Shown: one piece after another, positions 17,569-27,186 of the stretch
Numbering within the stretch: position 1 is the first letter of the stretch
How the letters are laid out: the number at the start of each line of letters is the position of its first letter
Assembly: GCA_964448605.1 (NCBI GenBank)
Contig: CAYUZV010000001.1
Coordinates: forward strand, 8,693-72,692
Length of the DNA stretch: 64,000 bases
Direction of reading: 5' to 3'
Origin: Candidatus Woesearchaeota archaeon
Lineage (GTDB): Archaea; Nanobdellota; Nanobdellia; Pacearchaeales; GW2011-AR1
Notes under the pieces: generated by a model
What the model saw: the letters and a program-made list of their open reading frames with translations, nothing else
Databases searched by the model: none
What the model was told of the DNA's origin: nothing
Program-made: the position numbers and the translations under genes

Positions 17569-20433
17569 ATGACATATATAAAAAAATTAGGTATGAAAGG
17601 GTTTAAGAGTTTTGCAAGAGAGACTCCAATTTATTTTGACAGGCATGTTGTTTGCATTGTTGGTCCTAATGGTTCTGGAAAGTCGAATGTTCTTGATGCA
17701 CTTTGTTTTGTTTTAGGAAGATTGTCGATAAAGTCGATTCGAGCTTCAAAAGCTTCGCATTTAATTTTTTCAGGAAACAAACATTATAAACCTGCGAATC
17801 AGGCATATGTTGAAATTGTTTTTGATAATTCTGATAAAACTTTTGCATTGGATAATGATGAAATTGCGATTCGGAGAATTGTTAAAAAAAATGGACAGGG
17901 AGTTTATAAAATAAATGGACAGGTAAAAACAAGGCAGGAGGTTTTGGAGTTGTTGGGGCAGGCAGGAATTGACCCTTATGGTTTTAATATTGTTTTGCAA
18001 GGTGAGATTGAAAAATTTGTTAAGATGCCTGCTGAAGAAAGAAGAAAAGTTATTGAAGAAGTTTCTGGAATTTCTATTTATGAAATGAGAAAAGAAAAGT
18101 CTATGAAAGAATTGGATAAAACAAATGAAAAACTTAAACAAATAAATTCAGTTTTGAGAGAGAGGGCGAATTATATTAGAAATCTTGAGAAGGAGAGAGA
18201 GCAGGCATTAAGATATAAAAAACTTCAGGGTTCTATTAAGAGATATAAGGCATCAATTATTCAGAGAAATATTTTAGACAGGGAAAAAGAGCTTAAGGAA
18301 ATTTTGAAAAATATGGAGGGCAAGAATTCTGATGTGAATAAAAAAGATGAGATTATTATTAAATTCAGGAGAGATATTGGGAATTTGAATAAAAGTGTGG
18401 AAGATATTTCCAAAGAGGTTCAGCAGAAATCTGGTTTTGAGCAGGATTCTCTTTTGAATGAAATTTCTGAAATAAAACAAGACATTGCTGGATTAGGTGC
18501 GAGGAAAGAGAATTATGAGAATAATCTTGTTGAATTAGATAGAAGGAAAGAGAGGTTGAATGTTGATATAAAAAATCTTAATGAGGAGATTGATAGAATG
18601 AGTAAGGAGAAGGGTAGAAATGTTAAAAGGGAATTGGAGGTTAAGAAAAATAAACTTGATGAGTTGGAAGAGACGAAAAGGCAGTATTATCTTATAAGGT
18701 CAAATTTGTCTTCTGTGAATAATCAGATTTCAGATAAGATGAGGCAGATTGCAAAATTAAATAATGAGAGTGATTTTATTTTGAATTCAATTGAGAATCT
18801 TGAAGATGAAATTAAAATAAGGGATGGTTTGGAGGAGCATGAAAAGAAAATTGAGAATTTGAATAAGAAGTTAAAGGTTAGTGAGAAAAAGATTGAAGAG
18901 ATGGAGGAGAGTTTGATGGTTAAGGAAAGAGAGTGTGCTATTAATGGAAGATTGATTGAGGATTCTGAAAAAATTAAGAGCCAGATTTCTGAACTTGATG
19001 TTTGTCCTTTGTGCAAGACAAAAGTTACTAAAGAGCATATTAAAGATGTTATTAGAAAAGTTGATGGAGATATTTCTGGTGCTCGGGAAGTTATTGAGAA
19101 TAATGAAAAAGAAATTAAAAAGATGAATTTTGAAATTGAGAAATTGAAGGAATTTATTGAGAAGGGAAATGAGGAAGTTAAAATTCGAGAGATTTGTATT
19201 GTGAAGATAAGAAATATTCGTGAGAAAAAAGATAGTTTGAGGAGAAATAATGAAGAGATGAAGGCGATTAAGAGCGAGTTGAAGGTTCTTGAAGATAAAA
19301 AGAGAATGTATGAGAATAAAGTTTCTTCAATAAAAATAAGTGAAGAGATGTATGAAAATTTGAAGTTGGAAGTTAGCGAACTGCAGAGGAGTGAGGAAAA
19401 AAATCTTGGAATTGAGATTGCGACAAAACAGAGAGAGGTTGACAGGGCTCGTTTAGCAATAAAGCAAATTGTTCGGGACAGAGAAGAGTTAGTTGAAGAA
19501 TTGAAAGATATAAATGAAAGTTTAGAGGAAAAGGAAAGTGTTGTTGAGGAAAAAGAAGAGCAGGCAGAGATTTTAAAGAAAAAGTATCAGAAAATGTTTG
19601 AAGAGAAAAATAAATTGCAGGACAGGGTTAGGAGTATTGAAAGTGATTTGATGAAAGTTCAGAATGAAAAGAGATTGCTTGAAAATGATATTAATAATTT
19701 GAAGATTTCTTGTGCACAGATTAATGCTAAGATTGATTCTTTGAAAGAGGAGATTGAGGAATTTGGGAAATTTGAATTTTTGAATTTGAATATTGATAAA
19801 CTGAAAGAGAAATTGAGAAATGCAGAGGTTATTTTGGAAAGGATTGGAAGTGTTAATATGAAGGCCTTGGAAGTTTATGAAGGTGTTAAAGAAGAGTATG
19901 ATAAAATTCGGGCGAAGGTTGAACAACTTGATAAAGAGAAAGAGGAGATTTTGAAAGTTATTGAACAGATTGACAGGAAAAAGAGGAGGACTTTTATGAG
20001 GACTCTGAAAGGTGTTAATGAATTGTTTTCAAGGAATTTTTCTCAATTAAGTGATAAGGGAGTTGTTAATCTTGAGGTTCAGGATAAAAAAGAGATTTTT
20101 AATGCAGGGCTTGATATTGTGATTAAAGTTGGTGCTGGAAAATATTTTGATATTACTTCATTGTCAGGAGGTGAGCAGACTCTTGTTGCTTTGTCTTTGA
20201 TTTTTGCAATTCAGGAACATCGTCCTTATAGTTTTTATGTTTTTGATGAAATTGATGCTGCTTTGGATAAAAGGAATAGTCAGAGATTAGCTTATCTTTT
20301 GAAAAAGCATATGAAAGAAGGGCAGTATTTGATTATAACTCATAATGATTCTATTATTTCAGAATCTTCTAATGTTCTTTATGGAGTTAGTATGCAGGAA
20401 GGTATTTCTAAGGTTTTGAGTTTGGAGGTTTGA
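17569..20433 (+). CDS. smc: SMC-family ATPase with a central CPLC motif
   Basis: GFKSF, GPNGSGKSN, Q-loop, VN..A, LSGGE and DEIDAALD; long coiled coils. Confidence 0.85.
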   Translation: MTYIKKLGMKGFKSFARETPIYFDRHVVCIVGPNGSGKSNVLDALCFVLGRLSIKSIRASKASHLIFSGNKHYKPANQAYVEIVFDNSDKTFALDNDEIAIRRIVKKNGQGVYKINGQVKTRQEVLELLGQAGIDPYGFNIVLQGEIEKFVKMPAEERRKVIEEVSGISIYEMRKEKSMKELDKTNEKLKQINSVLRERANYIRNLEKEREQALRYKKLQGSIKRYKASIIQRNILDREKELKEILKNMEGKNSDVNKKDEIIIKFRRDIGNLNKSVEDISKEVQQKSGFEQDSLLNEISEIKQDIAGLGARKENYENNLVELDRRKERLNVDIKNLNEEIDRMSKEKGRNVKRELEVKKNKLDELEETKRQYYLIRSNLSSVNNQISDKMRQIAKLNNESDFILNSIENLEDEIKIRDGLEEHEKKIENLNKKLKVSEKKIEEMEESLMVKERECAINGRLIEDSEKIKSQISELDVCPLCKTKVTKEHIKDVIRKVDGDISGAREVIENNEKEIKKMNFEIEKLKEFIEKGNEEVKIREICIVKIRNIREKKDSLRRNNEEMKAIKSELKVLEDKKRMYENKVSSIKISEEMYENLKLEVSELQRSEEKNLGIEIATKQREVDRARLAIKQIVRDREELVEELKDINESLEEKESVVEEKEEQAEILKKKYQKMFEEKNKLQDRVRSIESDLMKVQNEKRLLENDINNLKISCAQINAKIDSLKEEIEEFGKFEFLNLNIDKLKEKLRNAEVILERIGSVNMKALEVYEGVKEEYDKIRAKVEQLDKEKEEILKVIEQIDRKKRRTFMRTLKGVNELFSRNFSQLSDKGVVNLEVQDKKEIFNAGLDIVIKVGAGKYFDITSLSGGEQTLVALSLIFAIQEHRPYSFYVFDEIDAALDKRNSQRLAYLLKKHMKEGQYLIITHNDSIISESSNVLYGVSMQEGISKVLSLEV

Positions 20434-20444
20434 GAGGGGTTTTA

Positions 20445-20662
20445 GAGTATCTCTGATGAGTTTTTACTATTTTGCAATTCATGGCTCACCATCCTGCTCG
20501 TTATTTTTTTACTTTTCGCAAAATGGTTCGTTTCTCACTGAATTCGTCTATTGACAAAACTCAAGTTCTGACTTTGTTATTTTTAAGATTTAGTCAAAAT
20601 TCTCGTCCATCCTCAATAAAATTAGGAATTACAAAGTTTATTTATAAATATCGGAGATACTC
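20445..20662. repeat. Intergenic element bounded by a 13-bp near-perfect inverted repeat
   Basis: GAGTATCTCTGAT / ATCGGAGATACTC; core CACTGAATTCG shared with the 5710 element. Confidence 0.6.
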
Positions 20663-20699
20663 GTTTTAACTGAAATGTTTATAAGTGCACAATGTGTCT

Positions 20700-20715
20700 A
20701 TTTTGTATACAAAAT
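20700..20715. promoter_or_regulatory. Perfect palindrome at the TA operon start (putative operator)
   Basis: ATTTTGTATACAAAAT lies downstream of TTTATAA and overlaps the ATG. Confidence 0.45.
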
Positions 20716-21016
20716 GACTGAATTAATATCTACAAGGGCTCCTAAGGAAGTAATAGAAGAAGTTGATAGATTTGCTAAAGAAAAAGGGTTGGGAAGGACA
20801 GTCTTAGTGAAAATTTTACTTACAAAGGGTCTTGAAAAATTCAAGATTGAATATGCTATTGAAAAATACAGAAAGGGAGAAGTATCTCTTTGGAAAGGAG
20901 CTGATTTAGCAGGAGTTTCTTTATGGGTTTTTATGGATGAGGTTAAAAATAAAAAAATATCTCATTACACATTAGAAGATGCTAAGGAAGATATAAAACA
21001 GGTTTTTGGTAAATGA
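20714..21016 (+). CDS. UPF0175-type antitoxin-like protein
   Basis: RHH-like N-terminus, then AI..Y..G.VSL.K.A.LAG.S. Confidence 0.8.
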   Translation: MTELISTRAPKEVIEEVDRFAKEKGLGRTVLVKILLTKGLEKFKIEYAIEKYRKGEVSLWKGADLAGVSLWVFMDEVKNKKISHYTLEDAKEDIKQVFGK

Positions 21017-21525
21017 TATCAGTATGTAATTCGAGTCCATTAATTTATTTAGTAAAACTGAATAAACTAAATTTGCTTAAAAAAATTTATGAGAAAGTTT
21101 TTATTCCTGAAGAGGTTTTTGAGGAAGTTGTTTTAGAAGGAAAAAGATTGAATCAAAAAGAAGTTTTATTAATTGAAAAAGAAATAGGAGAAGGTTTTAT
21201 TGTTGTTAAAAAATCTGGAAGAGTTAAGAAACTAAGGGATTTGTCTCATTTGCATAAGGGTGAGATTTGTGCTATTTCTCTTTGTCTGAATTTTAATGAA
21301 AAAAATATTTTAATTGATGATAAAGAGGCTTATAAGATATGTCAACTTCTTGATTTGAATCCTGTTCGGACGAGTGCTATTTTTATTAGATTTTTTAAGG
21401 AAAAATTAATAGGTTTTGAAGAATATAAAAAATTGCTTATAGATTTGAGTAATGAAGGATATTATATTGATATTGAGACTTTTAATTATCTTTTGAATGA
21501 AGCGAGTAGATATGAGAAGGTTTAA
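21013..21525 (+). CDS. PIN-domain (DUF3368/VapC-like) toxin
   Basis: NSSPLI.L, IP..V..E, LH.GE..AI and LIDD..A motifs. Confidence 0.85.
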   Translation: MISVCNSSPLIYLVKLNKLNLLKKIYEKVFIPEEVFEEVVLEGKRLNQKEVLLIEKEIGEGFIVVKKSGRVKKLRDLSHLHKGEICAISLCLNFNEKNILIDDKEAYKICQLLDLNPVRTSAIFIRFFKEKLIGFEEYKKLLIDLSNEGYYIDIETFNYLLNEASRYEKV

Positions 21526-21549
21526 AATACCTGGTTTCTTAGAGAGGTT

Positions 21550-24198
21550 ATGAAAAAGAGTGTATTATTGAGTATATTTGTAATATTAATGAGTTTGAAT
21601 TTTGTATTTGCTGGTTTTGAAGTTGGTGAGCCGTCGCATGAGATTGAGGGTTCTTATGTTTTTGGTCAGTATTTGGAGGGGTGGGTGAATATTAGTTTGA
21701 ATGGAGAGTCAGGTAATTCGCTTTTGACTGCTTTTGATTCTGAAATAACTTTGTATGATTTTTTGAAAAATAGTGATGAGAATTATACTTGTAATCCTTT
21801 TAATTGCAAGAATGATTATATTGGAGAAGATTCAAATGATTATAAGGGTGTGAAAATTGAACCTTATGAAAAGAGTTTGGTGGGTATTGAGTTAAAGGGT
21901 GTTATTGATAGAATTGATGAGTTGAGTTTCAAGGTTGTTCCAGATACATTGGAGTCTTGTTTAAATCCTTTGAAAATAGATTTGCTTGATGATGGTGAGG
22001 TGGAATGGGATGATGCAGATGTTTTGAATGATAGTTTTTGTGATTCTGTTAATCCTGATGGTTGTTTTAATTTAGAAGATTCTGAAGATGAAAGTTCTAT
22101 TTTAGAGGGAGAGATTTATTGTCAGGAGATAAGGTTGGATGTTGCAAAAGGATTTAAAATTGGTGCTGAATTGATTGGAGAAGGTAGTGCTGAAGTTAGC
22201 ATGTCTGTTTCAACTGAAGAAGATTATGAAAAGTGTTCTGTAATTGGGAATGGTGAGATTGGATGTGTTGTTGAATTTGATAGTGAGGTTAAGGATTCTG
22301 AAAAAGCTGAAGTTTGTATGGAGGTTGAAGATTTAGTTGGTGAATTGAGTATAAGATACGAGGATGTTAATCCTTGTGGTTATGTTGGAAGTTATTCGCA
22401 TGATTTTCAGATTTTTGCTAAACCTCTGAAGTATGCTCCTTTAAAAGAATTTTTCTTTAATGAAACTTCATTAGGAATTGATTTAACAGATTATGTTGAG
22501 GATTATGTTTTGATGAATTATGAGGGAGATTGTGGTGAGGGCTGTTTTATTCCTATTTCTTTTTCAGGAATTTCACAAAATGTTATTTTAAGTGATTTGA
22601 AACTTTTTTACAAATCAGAAGGAATTACTATGAATGGTGAATATTTTTATGATATTGAAATGAAGAATTTTACAATTGATTCAGATTTTATTAAACTTGA
22701 TTTAGAGCATGGTGAGTTTGAAGTTACTTCAAGTGATTTGGTTTTTGAGTTAGGAAGTTCAAAGATTTTTGAAGAAGATTTGATTTTTAGCGAGGGTTCT
22801 GGAATCTTTGATATTATTCCTTCTGAAGTTCCTGCTTTGGTTCCTGTAACTTTTGTTGCTGTTACTAATGGTTCAGTAAATAATACTTTTGAGTGGGATT
22901 TTGGAGAGGGTACTAAAAAAATAACTCTTTCTAATAAAGTAGTGCATACTTATCCAAAAACAGGAGATTATACAATTAATCTTGATGTTGGAGGTTCAAG
23001 CAAATCTGTTGAAATAAAAGTTGTTTCTCCAAAGGGTTCTATTGTAAAAAAAATTGGTGAGTTGAGAGATAATATCGAGGATATTGAGGGAAAGATTGAT
23101 GAATTTGATTCATGGATAAAACACGATTTGGTTCAAAGATTGAATTTTGAAGAGATTAAGGGTGATATTGATGAACAGGAGTTAGAGTATAATGTTGAGA
23201 TTAGTGAGGACAAGGCAGTTGAGATTATGACTGCTCTTTATGATTTGAAAGTTCCTGAGGATTTAAGGACAAGTGTTATTATAAATAATGTTGATTTTTT
23301 GCAAGATGATGAAAGAATTGATTTTGCTGTTTTGTCAGAAATAGGTGCAGGTGATATGAATCGGGATTATGTTAATTCAATAAATAGATGGGTTGATAAT
23401 AATCTTGAAATGAAAGTTGAGTCTAAGACCTATTCTCTTGTTTATAATTCTGAAGAGAGTGATTTTGTTTCCCATATTAAGGTTTCTTTGATTCCTAAAA
23501 ATGATTTGAAAGATGTTTATGTAGTTTTGGATGGGAATTCTGATAAAATTACTTCTAAGAAAGTTTTTCAGGGTAAAGGGAATAATTTGTTTAAGGAGTT
23601 AGATTTAGAAGAGAGTTTTGAATTTGAGTTTATTTATCCTGGAAGAGTTGATTTGGGCAGTATTCCTGTTTATGTTGTTCCTGATTCAAGTCAGTTGAGT
23701 GTTATTGATGTTGATGTTTGCAATAATAATGGTGTTTGCGAGGAGGGTGAGACAAATAAGAATTGTCCTAATGACTGCAAGAAATGGTTTAGTACTTTTG
23801 TTATTTTAGGAGTGCTTTTTTTTATTGCTCTTATTGTTTATATTATTTTGCAGGAATGGTATAAAAGGAATTATGAGAAGCATTTGTTTAAGAATAAGAA
23901 TCAGTTGTTTAATCTTGTTAATTTTATGAATATTTCTTTAAAGCATGGTTCTAAGAAAAATACTATTTTTGATAAGTTGAAGGGAGTTGGTTGGACAAAA
24001 GAGCAAATGAATTATGCTTGGAGAAAATTGCATGGCAAGAGAACTGGAATGTGGGAGATTCCTTTGTTTAAATGGTTTGAGAATAGAGAAGTTAAAAAGG
24101 AATTGGCTCAGAGGAATGTAAATCATAAAAACTCTAATAAAGGTTTGAAAAATATCAAGGGTTCTGGATTTAAAGGAAGACATATTAATACTAAATAG
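21550..24198 (+). CDS. Membrane-anchored acidic surface protein with a PKD domain
   Basis: Signal peptide, WDFGEG…HTY..TG.Y, CNNNGVCE.GE…CP.DC motif, C-terminal TM. Confidence 0.75.
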   Translation: MKKSVLLSIFVILMSLNFVFAGFEVGEPSHEIEGSYVFGQYLEGWVNISLNGESGNSLLTAFDSEITLYDFLKNSDENYTCNPFNCKNDYIGEDSNDYKGVKIEPYEKSLVGIELKGVIDRIDELSFKVVPDTLESCLNPLKIDLLDDGEVEWDDADVLNDSFCDSVNPDGCFNLEDSEDESSILEGEIYCQEIRLDVAKGFKIGAELIGEGSAEVSMSVSTEEDYEKCSVIGNGEIGCVVEFDSEVKDSEKAEVCMEVEDLVGELSIRYEDVNPCGYVGSYSHDFQIFAKPLKYAPLKEFFFNETSLGIDLTDYVEDYVLMNYEGDCGEGCFIPISFSGISQNVILSDLKLFYKSEGITMNGEYFYDIEMKNFTIDSDFIKLDLEHGEFEVTSSDLVFELGSSKIFEEDLIFSEGSGIFDIIPSEVPALVPVTFVAVTNGSVNNTFEWDFGEGTKKITLSNKVVHTYPKTGDYTINLDVGGSSKSVEIKVVSPKGSIVKKIGELRDNIEDIEGKIDEFDSWIKHDLVQRLNFEEIKGDIDEQELEYNVEISEDKAVEIMTALYDLKVPEDLRTSVIINNVDFLQDDERIDFAVLSEIGAGDMNRDYVNSINRWVDNNLEMKVESKTYSLVYNSEESDFVSHIKVSLIPKNDLKDVYVVLDGNSDKITSKKVFQGKGNNLFKELDLEESFEFEFIYPGRVDLGSIPVYVVPDSSQLSVIDVDVCNNNGVCEEGETNKNCPNDCKKWFSTFVILGVLFFIALIVYIILQEWYKRNYEKHLFKNKNQLFNLVNFMNISLKHGSKKNTIFDKLKGVGWTKEQMNYAWRKLHGKRTGMWEIPLFKWFENREVKKELAQRNVNHKNSNKGLKNIKGSGFKGRHINTK

Positions 24199-24255
24199 AT
24201 TTTTTATAATGAAAAAGAACAATATTCTTTATAAACTTAAAAATATTTGTTTTAT

Positions 24256-24897
24256 ATGGTTTTTAAAGTATTGACAAATTTTACAAAGAGGATGTTTAAT
24301 TCGCTTTTTAGTCAGAGGAAAGAGATTTCATTAGGTTTTTATGGTCCTCCAAATGGGGGTAAAACTACTTTAGCTAATCGTATTTGTAAGGATTGGACTG
24401 GTGAGGAGATTGGTAAAGTTAGTAAAATGGCACATGAGACAAGGAAAGTTCAGTTTAAGGAAGAAGTTGAAATTAAGTATAAGGAAAAATCTCTGAAATT
24501 TAAACTTGTGGATACTCCTGGAATTGCTACGAAAATTGATTATGAGGATTTTATGAAGTTTAAGATGAAGAAAAAGCAGGCACAGAAAAGGGCTAAGGAG
24601 GCGACACAAGGAATTGTTGAATCAATTAAATGGCTTGATGATATGGATGCTGTTATTGTTGTTGTAGATGCTACTGAGAATCCTTATTCGCAAGTTAATA
24701 TTACCATGGTTGGCAATTTGGTTGCTCGGAAGATTCCTGTGCTTGTTGTTGCAAATAAGATAGATTTAAGAAAGGCGGATATTAAAAAAATTGAATCTGC
24801 TTTTCCTGATTATGATGTGATTGGAATTTCAGCTAAATATGGAAAAAACATGGACGAGTTTTATGAGTCTGTATTTAAGTTAGCTAAAAAAGTTTAA
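24256..24897 (+). CDS. oapA: OapA Era-like GTPase
   Basis: GPPNGGKTTLANRI..DW, DTPG and NKID motifs. Confidence 0.85.
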   Translation: MVFKVLTNFTKRMFNSLFSQRKEISLGFYGPPNGGKTTLANRICKDWTGEEIGKVSKMAHETRKVQFKEEVEIKYKEKSLKFKLVDTPGIATKIDYEDFMKFKMKKKQAQKRAKEATQGIVESIKWLDDMDAVIVVVDATENPYSQVNITMVGNLVARKIPVLVVANKIDLRKADIKKIESAFPDYDVIGISAKYGKNMDEFYESVFKLAKKV

Positions 24898-24948
24898 TGG
24901 ATAACATTTAAATATATATAATTGATTATAGGTATAAAAGAGATGAAA

Positions 24949-25341
24949 ATGGGAAAGAATAAGTTTAGAAAAGGATTGACATTGCACTTTGTGCCTTTTT
25001 CAGAAATATCCGGGCTTGATAGTGTGGATAGGATAAAGAAACTTTTGAGAATTGTTTTAGATAATAAATTGATTGTTCTTCAGGGTCGTTTGAGAGCAGA
25101 AGAGGAAACTCGTTTGATTGAAGATACTATGGTTATGATTGATAATATTAAGGGATTCAAAGGTGTTGAACTTGCTGTGATAACTCCTGACCAGGCTGAA
25201 GAGAGTTTTTTTAGTAAGTTTAAAAGTGGGCTTGCGAATATGTTAACTGGACAGCAAAATGCTTTGACGATTATAGGACCTGCAACAATTGTTAAAGAAA
25301 TGAAAAGAGACCCTTCTAAGCTTGAAGTTATGATGAGGTGA
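24949..25341 (+). CDS. oapB: OapB (DUF2073-type) protein
   Basis: RIK..L..V, L…EE..LIE.TM, F.G.E and LT.IGPA motifs. Confidence 0.85.
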   Translation: MGKNKFRKGLTLHFVPFSEISGLDSVDRIKKLLRIVLDNKLIVLQGRLRAEEETRLIEDTMVMIDNIKGFKGVELAVITPDQAEESFFSKFKSGLANMLTGQQNALTIIGPATIVKEMKRDPSKLEVMMR

Positions 25342-25344
25342 ATA

Positions 25345-25524
25345 TTATTTAGATTTTAAAGCAGATGCTATACTTGCAATTAGTGATGAAAGCAGTCCAA
25401 ATGCACTTATTAAAAGACCCGTAACATCGAGAACCTCTAATTGTAATAATACTACTGCGAAATAAATGAAAATCATGAAATTAATTATTTGAGAAAAAAT
25501 TGTTAAAGCATCTGCTGTTTTCAT
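25345..25524 (-). CDS. Small 2-TM membrane protein
   Basis: Hydrophobic; start ATG overlaps the stop of the upstream micro-ORF. Confidence 0.55.
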   Translation of the reverse strand: MKTADALTIFSQIINFMIFIYFAVVLLQLEVLDVTGLLISAFGLLSSLIASIASALKSK

Positions 25525-25628
25525 TTTAAGAATAGTTCTCTTATTATCCCATAAGATAAGAGTGTGAGGGCAATAAAACCCATTATCCATGCAATATATT
25601 GAAATATTTCAATTGTTCTTTTTTTCAT
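25521..25628 (-). CDS. 35-aa single-TM microprotein (MKKRTIEIFQYIAWIMGFIALTLLSYGIIRELFLK)
   Basis: Translated by hand; CTTATAAA upstream; ATGA overlap with the next gene. Confidence 0.55.
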   Translation of the reverse strand: MKKRTIEIFQYIAWIMGFIALTLLSYGIIRELFLK

Positions 25629-25660
25629 GTTATTATCAGGATTTTTTAATTTATAAGTTT

Positions 25661-26233
25661 TTATCCTCGAATATCTAATTCATTATTGATTATTATAAAT
25701 GTTTGAGAAGCAAAATAAGTTTCAGGTCCTATTGAAATTTTTGGATAAGATTTGATTTCTTTTTTTGGCAATCCTTCGTGGTCTCCTATGAGGAAAACTT
25801 TGTTTTTTAGGTTTTTTAGATTTCTTATATTTTCTCCTTTTTTATCTAAAACTAAAATTTCTTTTTCTTGGAAGAGTTCTTTTAGTAGTTTGTTTAAAGA
25901 TTTTTTTTCAATAAAGCAACCTGGAAAAACTTCTGTGTTTTTGTCTTTTTTGTATTTGTAGAGCATTCTTTTTATTAATCCTCCTATGTCTTTTTTGCTG
26001 ATTGTTTCTTTGTTTAATTTTTCTGTGATTAGGGTTAGGTGCATTGGAGGATTTGGAGGTCCGTTGAAAATTAAATGGAGTTTTATGTCTTTTCTGAGTT
26101 TGTTAGATAGAAATAGAGTTTGAATTATTACATTACAAACTATATCCATTCTTCCTGCTTTCATGAGATTTCTCTCTGGAAAGTTTCCAGATGTTCTTGC
26201 TTTTGATGAAAAGTAGATGAATTCTCTTATCAT
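25661..26233 (-). CDS. trmY: tRNA (pseudouridine54-N1)-methyltransferase
   Basis: MREF, AGR.D..C, LS…R.D, GPP.PP, GDH.G and IS.GP motifs. Confidence 0.85.
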   Translation of the reverse strand: MIREFIYFSSKARTSGNFPERNLMKAGRMDIVCNVIIQTLFLSNKLRKDIKLHLIFNGPPNPPMHLTLITEKLNKETISKKDIGGLIKRMLYKYKKDKNTEVFPGCFIEKKSLNKLLKELFQEKEILVLDKKGENIRNLKNLKNKVFLIGDHEGLPKKEIKSYPKISIGPETYFASQTFIIINNELDIRG

Positions 26234-26250
26234 ATAAATTGAAGGATGTA

Positions 26251-26293
26251 AATCTTTATAAATAATTTTGTTTTTATTTTGGATGGTTGAAAA
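26251..26293 (+). repeat. Duplicated promoter+start block, copy 1
   Basis: AATCTTTATAAATAATTTTGTTTTTRTTTTGGATGGTTGAAAA, one mismatch to copy 2. Confidence 0.85.
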
Positions 26294-26747
26294 AAAATAT
26301 GATATAATGGAATTTATGCCTGATTATTTTCATTATAGGGATAATGGGTTGGGTGAATTAGCTCTCATGGCTGCTGTTTCAATAAATTCTTATGGAAGAG
26401 ATACTTCTACAGATATTCGTCCTGTTATTAGGTTGGGAAGAATCATGCAGGTTTCAACTCAATCTGATGAGGATTGTCCTTATGAATCTGGAGGTATTCC
26501 TCTTAAAGATGATATTAATTTGGGTTGTTTTATGTATGATGTTTTTAGTTCATTAGGTAAAAGATATGAAACTGCTGATGAAATCATTGAGGAAACAAAA
26601 AAGATATCATTATCTTTGTTAGATTTTCAAAGGAGTGATAGGAATCAAAGAAAAGATTTAATTGATTTTTGCACTAATCTATCTCAAAAGGCTGAATCCT
26701 GGTGGCATTGGGAAAATCCAAATGGTTTCAGAAAATATATTGCTTGA
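26283..26747 (+). CDS. Hypothetical protein (paralog A)
   Basis: ORF after the duplicated promoter. Confidence 0.65.
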   Translation: MVEKKYDIMEFMPDYFHYRDNGLGELALMAAVSINSYGRDTSTDIRPVIRLGRIMQVSTQSDEDCPYESGGIPLKDDINLGCFMYDVFSSLGKRYETADEIIEETKKISLSLLDFQRSDRNQRKDLIDFCTNLSQKAESWWHWENPNGFRKYIA

Positions 26748-26749
26748 GT

Positions 26750-26792
26750 AATCTTTATAAATAATTTTGTTTTTGTTTTGGATGGTTGAAAA
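26750..26792 (+). repeat. Duplicated promoter+start block, copy 2
   Basis: Near-identical to 26251-26293. Confidence 0.85.
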
Positions 26793-27186
26793 TAATTTAG
26801 ATATTTATCCAGAGAGATTTGATTTGGAAGATGGAAGGTTTTCTTTTCTTTTTGCTTCAGTAGGTTGTAGTATTGAGGGTTATTTGAATGGGCAAGATGT
26901 TGATTATAAAGATTTGGAAAGGGCAGGAAATATTTTAAAAGATTTTGGAGAGAGTGATTCAGAAAGTTTTTATTTGGAATTTTTATCAAATATTATTGAG
27001 GAGTGCGAAGATTCTGAAATTAATTATAGGCATGTGAGAGATTATGTTTTTGGAAGAGGTTTAGATTTTTTAAAATTTGATAGATTAGAAGATGATTCTA
27101 AGGAACGTTTAAGGGATTTTTCAATTGTTTTATCAAGAAAAGCAAGAGAATATAGAAATTATTATTTTAAAGGCGTTAGTTTGTGA
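26782..27186 (+). CDS. Hypothetical protein (paralog B)
   Basis: Shares the L.F.R…L.DF…LS.KA pattern with paralog A. Confidence 0.65.
   Translation: MVENNLDIYPERFDLEDGRFSFLFASVGCSIEGYLNGQDVDYKDLERAGNILKDFGESDSESFYLEFLSNIIEECEDSEINYRHVRDYVFGRGLDFLKFDRLEDDSKERLRDFSIVLSRKAREYRNYYFKGVSL

Noticed and set aside
20472-20669. 65-aa ORF
   Set aside because: It lies within the fold-back repeat element, has a TTG start and no motif.
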